Source: a virus
Direction: 5' to 3' (one strand)
Length of the DNA stretch: 32,211 nucleotides
IMG/VR virus record: IMGVR_UViG_3300045988_170007
Of this stretch, positions 6,715-14,109 are shown piece after piece. Made by a program: the position numbers and the translations under genes. The notes under the pieces are model-generated. The model was given only the letters and a program-made list of their open reading frames with translations. It made no database searches and was not told the origin of the DNA. Position 1 is the first letter of the stretch; every line of letters starts with the position of its first letter.

Positions 6715-7955
6715 AGAACCCCCGAAAATGGGAGAACTACTATAACGGCGAAGCGAGGTTGGACGCTATCGGCGTGTCCTTGCCTCCTGACGTCCGTATT
6801 CTTGAAATGCAGGTCGGCTGGCCGAAGCTGGCTGTAGACGTGCTGGTCGAGTCTCTTGTTCTTGACGGTTTCTCGATTTCGCGTCACGGCGGTCAGGATG
6901 AGGCTCCTGAGCAGCTGAATCGTATTCTGCAGGCGAACAACTTCCGAACCAAGCTAACTTTGGCGCTGACGGAGGCTCTTGTCTCCGGCGCTGCGTTCAT
7001 GGTCGTTGGTGGCGGCTCTGACCCTTCTATCCCGCACATTTCCGTGCACAAGGGTGATGAGTTTGAACTGCGGAGGGACGCTACGGGCCGCTTGGTCCAG
7101 GCTACCCAGACTTATCGCGATGGTTTGGACACGGGCCGGGCTGTTTATGAGCCTGGCGTGACTCGTTTCTTCGCCCTGCGTGATGGTTTTGAGGTGCTCA
7201 CCCACATTGACGAGCATGGCTTCGATGGTATCCCCGTGATTCCCTTTGTGAATCAGATTCGCCTTGGTGAAGAGGGGCGAAGTGAAATTGAAGAGATCCA
7301 CAAGCTGTGTGACGCGGCGGCGCGAACGCTGACGAATCTGCAGGTGGCTCAGGAGCTCCTCTCGATGCCGGTTCGCTACCTTTTTGGCGACGGTGTTGAG
7401 GAAATGTTCCTAGACGAGGACGGGAACCCGCAACAGACCCGCCTGGAAGCATACTTCGGCAGGTTCCTTGTTGGCCCGTCCGGTTCGCAAACCGGTTCGG
7501 TGCCGGGTGCTGACCTGACTCAGCTGTTGAACACCTTCAGAACCTACGCCTTGCAAGTGTCATCGCAAACGGGCATCCCGCCGTTCATGCTGGGTGTCTC
7601 TACAGAGTCGAATCCCGCGTCTGCGGAGGCGATGCGAAGCGCCAAAGACCGTTTGATTACAAAGGCGGAGCTGAAGCAGAGCATTTTTGGTGACGCTGTG
7701 GAAGATTTGGCTCGCTGCGTCCTGGCGGTTGCCGGGGTGGACACTGAGGGGCTTGAAACCCTTGAAGCGCGTTGGCGTGACCCTGCGGTTATTTCTCTCA
7801 GCTCTCGCAATGCATTGATGCTGCAGGCGCAGGCGCAGGGAGTTGTCTCGTCTGAGACCGTCCGCGAATTCATGGGCCTGTCGCCGGAGCAGCTGAAGCG
7901 TGACCGTGCGTTGGACCGCCGTTTGGCGGTGTCGGTGGGAGACCCCGTCTACTAA
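6699..7955 (+). CDS. portal protein
   Basis: 418 aa directly after TerL. GTG after AAGGGAGG. Call rests on size and synteny. Confidence 0.8.
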   Translation: MGRVVKNPRKWENYYNGEARLDAIGVSLPPDVRILEMQVGWPKLAVDVLVESLVLDGFSISRHGGQDEAPEQLNRILQANNFRTKLTLALTEALVSGAAFMVVGGGSDPSIPHISVHKGDEFELRRDATGRLVQATQTYRDGLDTGRAVYEPGVTRFFALRDGFEVLTHIDEHGFDGIPVIPFVNQIRLGEEGRSEIEEIHKLCDAAARTLTNLQVAQELLSMPVRYLFGDGVEEMFLDEDGNPQQTRLEAYFGRFLVGPSGSQTGSVPGADLTQLLNTFRTYALQVSSQTGIPPFMLGVSTESNPASAEAMRSAKDRLITKAELKQSIFGDAVEDLARCVLAVAGVDTEGLETLEARWRDPAVISLSSRNALMLQAQAQGVVSSETVREFMGLSPEQLKRDRALDRRLAVSVGDPVY

Positions 7956-7967
7956 AGGAGGCGCCGC

Positions 7968-9398
7968 ATGCTTGATGATCTCGCTGCGGCGTATGCTCAG
8001 GCGCTCGCCTCAATTGGCGGTGCGTTTGTGGAGGCTTTCACTGATCTGCTGTCTGCGTTTGACCTGTCAGACCGGGCATCAGCTGAGAGGCTGGTTCCTG
8101 CGGCGCACCGTGTAATTCAGCGGCACCGCCGTCAGGCGGTCGAAGCCGCTAACGATTACTTGGACGCGTCTGCGGCGCCGTTTGGCGCGCTCGCGTATCA
8201 TCCTGAGCCTGAGTCCTATACAGTTCAGGCGGTCAGGAAGCTATTTCGTGAGAATCAAGGAGCAACACCTGAGCGGCTAGCTGCTGCGGCGCGGCGTCAC
8301 GTGGTGATGGCTGGTCGCAGGCAGGTGATGCGGTCTGTCCTGGATGCTGAGTTCGATGAGTTTGCGTCTGAGGATGAGCGTGGGCGTCATGAGCGTGGGT
8401 CGGTCACGTTGGAGGGCTTCGATGAGGCTCTGGCGGCGGTGAATGATTCAGCTGATGAGGCTTTGCGTCGGGCAGAGGCGGAGGCAGATAATGCTGATGC
8501 TGATTCTGAGCTTCCTCGCCTTCGCCCAGTTGGTTGGGCGCGTGTTCTGCAGGGGCGCTGGTCTTGCGGGTTCTGTATCATGCTTGCCGCGCGCGGCGCG
8601 GTTTATTCGTCTGCTGACGCGGCACAGCTCGTAGCTGCTGAGGCTGGCAAGAAATCCCGTGAAGGGGGCTTCCTCTCCCGTCGTGCGAGGACGGAGCTGC
8701 GGAAGAGGAACCCGAGAGCGTTCCATGAGCATTGCGACTGCATTGTGGTGCCTGTTTTTGATCCTGAGAATTGGTCGGGGCGGGCTGAGCAGCAGAGGCT
8801 GGCTAAGTTTTATCGGGAGACGGTCGAGAAGGAAGACCGTAAGTATGAGGCAGACCCAGAGGGGTATGAGCCAGTCAAGATCTCGACAGTGCTATCGCGT
8901 GAGGCTGAGGCTTGGCAAGAGGCTGAGCGGCTTGATGGTAAAGGAGAGCAGGTTGATCCGAAGTATTATGGGGCGCTTGCTTCTGAGATTCCTGATGGTG
9001 AGAGGCTGTACGGTCATGAGTTGTTGTTCTTGCTGAGGTTTGAGGCGTTGGGGAATAAGGTTCGGTGGATTGAGCGGCCGGAAGTTATCCCTGGAGCTGG
9101 TCGAAAACCTAGCAACGATTTCGTTTGGCTGAATAATGGCGAGCTGATTAGTGAGTTGAAGTCTTCGAAAGATAAATACTCAACGATTAAGACTCGAATT
9201 TCTCAAGCCGTATCGAAAGGTCGTGAGCAAGGCGTTGTAAAAGAGAACTTTGTCGTTGACATTGGAAAGTACCGGATGGGGGCAACACTTAAGCGGCAGA
9301 TGCAATCGTATAATCTCCGCAACCCGCATAATCGGATTAAGAATCTTTACGTTATGCACGGAAACGGGCAATATCTAGACCACATTATGTTTGATTGA
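7968..9398 (+). CDS. MuF/SPP1-gp7-like head morphogenesis protein fused to a C-terminal PD-(D/E)xK-like module
   Basis: MuF signature WSCGFCIMLAARGAVY...FHEHCDCIVVPV, then a charged linker. The last ~130 aa are encoded by AT-richer DNA and carry E...D(9117-9119)...ELK(9153-9161). Confidence 0.75.
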   Translation: MLDDLAAAYAQALASIGGAFVEAFTDLLSAFDLSDRASAERLVPAAHRVIQRHRRQAVEAANDYLDASAAPFGALAYHPEPESYTVQAVRKLFRENQGATPERLAAAARRHVVMAGRRQVMRSVLDAEFDEFASEDERGRHERGSVTLEGFDEALAAVNDSADEALRRAEAEADNADADSELPRLRPVGWARVLQGRWSCGFCIMLAARGAVYSSADAAQLVAAEAGKKSREGGFLSRRARTELRKRNPRAFHEHCDCIVVPVFDPENWSGRAEQQRLAKFYRETVEKEDRKYEADPEGYEPVKISTVLSREAEAWQEAERLDGKGEQVDPKYYGALASEIPDGERLYGHELLFLLRFEALGNKVRWIERPEVIPGAGRKPSNDFVWLNNGELISELKSSKDKYSTIKTRISQAVSKGREQGVVKENFVVDIGKYRMGATLKRQMQSYNLRNPHNRIKNLYVMHGNGQYLDHIMFD

Positions 9399-9424
9399 TA
9401 TTGCTAATATCTACCTGGTACAAT
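9395..9424 (+). promoter_or_regulatory. candidate promoter TTGATA-N18-(TGG)TACAAT
   Basis: Overlaps the MuF stop codon. Extended -10-like TG. Confidence 0.4.
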
Positions 9425-9430
9425 GAACGT

Positions 9431-9600
9431 AGGGAGTTGAGCGACCCCTCTGAAACCCTGAGCCTCACCTATTGGTGAGGCAATAACGCTCGGGCGGCCG
9501 CGGCTTTATGCATCGGTCTAGAAGACACCGGAGGCACCACCGGTTAGCTCCCTATAACTTTTGTGAAAGGCATCCTGCTAAGTGGCAGGGTGCCTTTTGC
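9431..9600 (+). ncRNA. candidate ~170-nt structured transcript or leader
   Basis: No ORF longer than 14 aa with an RBS on either strand. Perfect hairpin at 9462-9481, closing helix 9431-9438 with 9546-9553, and a terminator at the 3' end. Confidence 0.25.
9567..9600 (+). terminator. intrinsic terminator upstream of the scaffold gene
   Basis: AAGGCATCCTGC-TAAGTG-GCAGGGTGCCTT followed by TTT. Confidence 0.7.
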
Positions 9601-9620
9601 TATACCCGAAAGGAACAAAG

Positions 9621-10154
9621 ATGAGCGAAGTACCTACCGCTGAGGCAAAGGTTGAAGAGCACACTGAAACTACGCCCCCGTGGGAGCGCGACGGCGAGAC
9701 CTTCGACCCCGAGCGCGCCTGGAAGCTGGTTCAGAACCTGAAGGCTGAGCTGGCCGCTGTGAAGGCGAAGCAGGCAGAGGCTCCTGAACCTGTTGCTGCT
9801 GAAGCGCCTGCGCAGGAACCCGAGGCTAAGCCCGCTGAGGCTGAGACCCCTGAGCCGCAGGATGATTCTGCCGCTCAAATTGCGTCCCTGCAGGCTGAGC
9901 TGGCGCGCGTCAAGGCGCTCGCCGCCGTTGGCCTATCCCAGGATTTCGCCCCGTTTGTGCCGGGCGAGAACAGCGAGGAAATCGAGACGAACCTCGCGAC
10001 TCTGCAGAAGCTCATCAGTGCTGCCGCGAATGAGAAGACCGAGGCGGTCCTCGCGGCGGCACCGAAGATCCGAGGCATGGCGCCGAACCCCGCACAGCAT
10101 GCGGTTCCGGCCCGTGATGTCTATGAGGAGACAGCAGAGGTCGTCTTCGGCTAA
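9621..10154 (+). CDS. capsid scaffolding protein
   Basis: Acidic, Ala/Glu/Pro-rich helical protein immediately upstream of the major capsid gene. ATG after GAAAGGA. Confidence 0.7.
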   Translation: MSEVPTAEAKVEEHTETTPPWERDGETFDPERAWKLVQNLKAELAAVKAKQAEAPEPVAAEAPAQEPEAKPAEAETPEPQDDSAAQIASLQAELARVKALAAVGLSQDFAPFVPGENSEEIETNLATLQKLISAAANEKTEAVLAAAPKIRGMAPNPAQHAVPARDVYEETAEVVFG

Positions 10155-10170
10155 ACGCCCCTAATACTTG

Positions 10171-10200
10171 AGCCCTTACCGAGACGGTGAGGGCTTTTTC
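10171..10200 (+). terminator. intrinsic terminator between the scaffold and capsid genes
   Basis: AGCCCTTACC-GAGAC-GGTGAGGGCT followed by TTTT. Confidence 0.7.
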
Positions 10201-10227
10201 GTACCCAAAACTTGATTGGAGAATCAA

Positions 10228-11172
10228 ATGAGCGCAACTGCGACTCTTGAAACGTTCAAGACTGGCGGTATCCTGCCGCAGTCATTCGCCCGCAACATCA
10301 TCGGCCGAGTCTCTGATGGCTCCGTCGTCCAGAAGCTTGCCGGCACCACCCCCATCCCGATTACCGGCACCACCATCGCTGTCCAGACTTCCCAGCCGCA
10401 GGCTGGCGTGGTCGGTGAAGGCCAGGCGAAGCCCGTGACCAGCATGGGTGTGACCACAAAAACCATCCGGCCCATCAAAGTTGCAGCGTTGATGTACTGG
10501 TCGATGGAGGCGCGTCAATCTGATCAGTCCGGCTACTTGAAGCTTCTGGAGAAGGAAGCTGCCGCGGCGATTACCCGCGCGTTCGACCTCGCTATCCTGC
10601 ACGGCAAGAACGCGCTCAATGGTCAGCTTATCGCCGGTGTTGAGTGCGTCAACCAAACCGCCAACCGTATTGAACTTGGTGCAACTGCCAAGGACAAGGG
10701 CGGCCTGACTTCTGAGCTTCTGGCTGGCGCAGATCTGGTGAACCTGAACGAGAACTTCGACTTTGACCTGGACGGCTTCGCAGCAGACAAGTCGTTTAAG
10801 TCCCGTATCTACGGTGAAACCGACACCCTCGGCCGCCCCATCTACAGCGATAGCGTGAACCTGAAGGACAACCTGGGTACCCTGCTGGGTCTGCCCGTCT
10901 CCTATGGTCGTGCTGTCTCCGGTAAGGTTGGCGCATCCGCCGACACCAAGGTTCGTGCCTTCGGTGGTGACTGGTCCGCGCTCAAGTACGGTTTCGTGGA
11001 TAAGATTTCTATCCGCCGCACCGACCAGGCGACCATCAACGACGGCGGCACCCAGGTAAACCTGTGGCAGAACAACATGGAAGCAATGCTGGTGGAGGCT
11101 CAGTTCGGCTGGGTCATCACTGACAAGTCCGCGTTCGTCGCCTACGAAGACAAGGTCGCTGACCCGAAGTAA
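10228..11172 (+). CDS. major capsid protein (HK97 fold)
   Basis: About 314 aa. Position after the scaffold gene and flanking terminators. Sequence pattern is typical of actinophage capsid proteins. Confidence 0.85.
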   Translation: MSATATLETFKTGGILPQSFARNIIGRVSDGSVVQKLAGTTPIPITGTTIAVQTSQPQAGVVGEGQAKPVTSMGVTTKTIRPIKVAALMYWSMEARQSDQSGYLKLLEKEAAAAITRAFDLAILHGKNALNGQLIAGVECVNQTANRIELGATAKDKGGLTSELLAGADLVNLNENFDFDLDGFAADKSFKSRIYGETDTLGRPIYSDSVNLKDNLGTLLGLPVSYGRAVSGKVGASADTKVRAFGGDWSALKYGFVDKISIRRTDQATINDGGTQVNLWQNNMEAMLVEAQFGWVITDKSAFVAYEDKVADPK

Positions 11173-11202
11173 TCGGGTCGCTGGTAGAGAGGGGAGGTGT
11201 GC

Positions 11203-11694
11203 ATGGTGAGTGACTCATTGACTATTGCGACTGCTGATGATGTGAAGGTTGCGCTCCGCAGGGAGTTTCGCGGTGACGAAGAATCATACATTTCCTCCCT
11301 GCTCTCCAAGGCGGAGAATCTGATTCGTGTCCGCTATCGTCGGCTCGACGAGCTGACTCTGGACGAGGTCGTTTTCGACCTGGTCAGGAACATTGAAGCT
11401 GAAGCCGTCGCCCGCGTACTTCGCGCGGACGACGGCGGAATCTACCGCAGCGAGACTGAAGACGGTTACTCGTACCAGTTGAACTACATGGTGGCCAGCG
11501 GATTGCTGGACATTCTGGAGAAGGATTGGAAGAACCTCGCACAGGCGACAGGCTCCGGCAGGTTCCGGACCGTCGCACCTGCGACTGATGGTTATGCTGC
11601 GGCACGGTACGGTGGGCGCGCTGCTGCGGGTCCGTGGCAGTTTCAGTACGGGTGGCCTGGGCAGGATTCGATTTCATGCCGCCGCTACCTCTAG
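11203..11694 (+). CDS. head-tail connector/adaptor protein
   Basis: Synteny directly after the capsid gene. GGGGAGG RBS. Confidence 0.6.
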   Translation: MVSDSLTIATADDVKVALRREFRGDEESYISSLLSKAENLIRVRYRRLDELTLDEVVFDLVRNIEAEAVARVLRADDGGIYRSETEDGYSYQLNYMVASGLLDILEKDWKNLAQATGSGRFRTVAPATDGYAAARYGGRAAAGPWQFQYGWPGQDSISCRRYL

Positions 11695-11708
11695 GAAGGA
11701 GCGCTGAC

Positions 11709-12089
11709 ATGAGCCGAATCCGTAAGGGGCTCCACACCGTCATCGTCTACCCACGCATCCGCACTATGGATGCGTATGGTGACGTTGTGGAGACGCTAGG
11801 GGCGGGGGTCCCCGTCCAGTGCAATGTTCAGCCCTCCAGCGCGAATGAGACTTTCGAGATGCCTGGAGGGCTCACCCCAACCACGGTGTACCGAATCAAG
11901 TACTGGCCGCAAGAGCATGGCGAGCCGTGGCCTGGCACTTCAGATTCTCTCATCGAGATTGATGGACAGACGTTTGAGCAGCGCGGCGAGCCGCAGATCT
12001 CTCGGATGTCCTCAACCACAGGGCACGTCAAGGTGTTTGCGGTGGCGCACACGCCAGGTAGGGGAGGGGGAGCTAATGTCATGGGTTGA
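11709..12089 (+). CDS. head closure protein
   Basis: About 126 aa. AGGAAGGAG RBS. Call rests on synteny. Confidence 0.55.
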   Translation: MSRIRKGLHTVIVYPRIRTMDAYGDVVETLGAGVPVQCNVQPSSANETFEMPGGLTPTTVYRIKYWPQEHGEPWPGTSDSLIEIDGQTFEQRGEPQISRMSSTTGHVKVFAVAHTPGRGGGANVMG

Positions 12090-12384
12090 ATCTGACATTG
12101 AGCTAGAGGTGGCGCGGCAGGTATCGCGCACCCAGGAGTTCGCCGTCGCCGCCCGTGAAATCCAAGCGGCAGTAAAGGCGGCGGCTCCCAAGGATACGGG
12201 CACATTCGCGGCGTCAATCGTGATGACCACGCATGTGACTCCTCGAGGAGTCCATGACAGGGTCATTACTTCGTTGGATGAGGCGGCAGTGCCTATCGAA
12301 TTTGGGTTCACCAGCCCGAACGGCAGCCGAACCCCTGGACACCATGTTTTTGGCAAGGTCGCCCATGCGTTTAAGGACCGCTGA
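12076..12384 (+). CDS. HK97 gp10-like tail component
   Basis: About 102 aa with the KDTGTFAASI motif. Call also rests on synteny. Confidence 0.55.
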   Translation: MSWVESDIELEVARQVSRTQEFAVAAREIQAAVKAAAPKDTGTFAASIVMTTHVTPRGVHDRVITSLDEAAVPIEFGFTSPNGSRTPGHHVFGKVAHAFKDR

Positions 12385-12800
12385 TGAAGCCCATTGATAT
12401 CTCAGCTATTGTCCAGAAAATCCTCTCCGCGCTACCGGGTGTAGCTGTCTCTGGTGGCGCGACCTCCCAGACTCTCGACAAGTTGCCGGCATGTATCTGG
12501 GAGGTTGTCTCTGCGGTGCCGGCTACTGGGTCACCCAGGATGGGACACGCAGTAGCCGGCACCGTGAATGTTCACATTTACGCGCCGAGCCGCGCCGAAT
12601 CAATGCGGCTCTGCGCCGAGGCGGTTCAGCTACTGGAAACAGCCCATGCTCTTGGCCCGATTGTGGAGAGTAGCTACGTGGGGCGTTGCTGGGTCGAGGC
12701 TGAGCCTATCCTAGCCGGCAGCCATACTCTCCACTCTGTCCACGTGACCGAAACCAGAGCCACCGTGCGGATTGTCGCACGAGGCTCATTAACTATTTAG
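12384..12800 (+). CDS. tail terminator / tail completion protein
   Basis: ATGA overlap with the previous gene. 138 aa immediately before the major tail protein. Confidence 0.5.
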   Translation: MKPIDISAIVQKILSALPGVAVSGGATSQTLDKLPACIWEVVSAVPATGSPRMGHAVAGTVNVHIYAPSRAESMRLCAEAVQLLETAHALGPIVESSYVGRCWVEAEPILAGSHTLHSVHVTETRATVRIVARGSLTI

Positions 12801-12810
12801 GAGGTGGCCC

Positions 12811-13377
12811 TTGGCCAACGTTCTTGAAGATTCGAAGCTTTTTTACACTTCTTTCACTCATATCTTTGTCGCTCCGCCGGAGACCGAAGCACCCGATATG
12901 ACCAAGTTTAAGTTCGGCACTCCCAGCACCTACGGTAGCTGGGTGTGGATTGGCGACACTGACGAGGAAGAGCCGCTCAAGACTAACATTGACGGCGGTG
13001 ACATCGAATTTTTGCGTACCGCGGACCGTGTCAAGGCTCGCTCGAAGCGAGCTGACGTGACTCTCACTGGCACCATCAAGGCACTTAGTGTTGACCGTAC
13101 CGTGTTTGACCTTGCTTTCGCTGGCGGCACTTATGACGCAGCCAAGAAGTCGTACAAGGTGAAGGCTAAGACGCTAACCGCTTCTAAGGCTATTTTGGCT
13201 GTATTCGAGGATGGTAAGACTGTCGCAGCTCTTCGTTTCCCGAATACTGATATCGGTGGCAAGTACCCTGAATTCGGCATCAGCAAGTTTGCATCGACGG
13301 ATCTTGACTTTGGTATTCTGACCGACCGTAATGGAGACACCGCCGAGATTTTCGAACCCCGCGCTGTCACTGCCTAA
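12811..13377 (+). CDS. major tail protein
   Basis: TTG start 6 nt after AGGAGG. 188 aa. Position upstream of the chaperone pair. Confidence 0.7.
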   Translation: MANVLEDSKLFYTSFTHIFVAPPETEAPDMTKFKFGTPSTYGSWVWIGDTDEEEPLKTNIDGGDIEFLRTADRVKARSKRADVTLTGTIKALSVDRTVFDLAFAGGTYDAAKKSYKVKAKTLTASKAILAVFEDGKTVAALRFPNTDIGGKYPEFGISKFASTDLDFGILTDRNGDTAEIFEPRAVTA

Positions 13378-13405
13378 CCCCTATCCCTGATTGAGAGGAC
13401 ACCTT

Positions 13406-13753
13406 ATGCCTAAGAAGGTTGCAGCAGAGCCTGTAGTTGATCTGCCCGAGTTCACTGAGCTGGATGGCCATGAGCTGCTCATCGCTCCGTGGGGGCTGAA
13501 GACTGGTCAGCGAACCCGTCTCGCTGGCCGCCTGAACGTGATTCGACAGCTGTCTGAGAAACACGGTGAGGATTCGCTGGAGGCGATGGACGGCATTGCC
13601 GACCTGCTCGATTTTTTCTCCGAACATTACGCTACAGACCCGGATGCGTGGGAGGATTGGGCACGCGACAAGCAGCTTGATGCTCTTGTGACGCTCGTTG
13701 GCTCGTACATGCAGTCCGCGGGAAAATCACAGCCCTCCTCGAATCAGCACTAA
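13406..13753 (+). CDS. tail assembly chaperone (G-like)
   Basis: Position between the major tail and tape measure genes. Contains the slippery heptamer. Confidence 0.75.
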   Translation: MPKKVAAEPVVDLPEFTELDGHELLIAPWGLKTGQRTRLAGRLNVIRQLSEKHGEDSLEAMDGIADLLDFFSEHYATDPDAWEDWARDKQLDALVTLVGSYMQSAGKSQPSSNQH

Positions 13754-14106
13754 AGTACCCGGCGCTCGACCTGGAGCTACAGCTCTTAGGGGTCGATGTT
13801 GAGTCTATCGATTCAGCCCGCGCGTTGCGGGTCGCAATGGCTGCTGTTGAGAAACTGAAACGCGACCCGAACAGTCTATGGCGGGCGGAGCTCCTGGGCA
13901 ACCCTGACCTCGTCGGTTGGGGTGTCCAGGAGTTCCTGTCTGCAGGGCTGGTCAACATCACCCGCGCGATTGCGAAGGGCGGCAAGCTCAGCAAATCGGA
14001 ACAGGTTGAGGTCCCGCAGCCAAAGAAAAAGAAAACGTCGTATGCCGTCAGGGTGGGTCCTGACGGCATTGATTTTTCCGGCATCAAAGCGATTCTAGGA
14101 GGGTAA
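13406..14106 (+). CDS. tail assembly chaperone frameshift product (GT-like), -1 shift at 13720-13726
   Basis: The -1 frame is open from before the slippery site to the stop at 14104-14106. Canonical G_GGA_AAA in the zero frame. Confidence 0.7.
13720..13726 (+). promoter_or_regulatory. -1 programmed ribosomal frameshift slippery heptamer GGGAAAA
   Basis: X_XXY_YYZ in the zero frame (gcG GGA AAA tca) near the 3' end of the chaperone gene. Confidence 0.7.
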
Positions 14107-14109
14107 CGA

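Noticed and set aside
9431-9553. Possible tRNA or tmRNA-like gene, suggested by the closing helix and internal hairpins.
   Set aside because: The length (about 123 nt) and absence of D-loop GG, T-loop TTCRA and CCA-proximal features do not fit a tRNA. It is kept only as a generic structured-RNA candidate.
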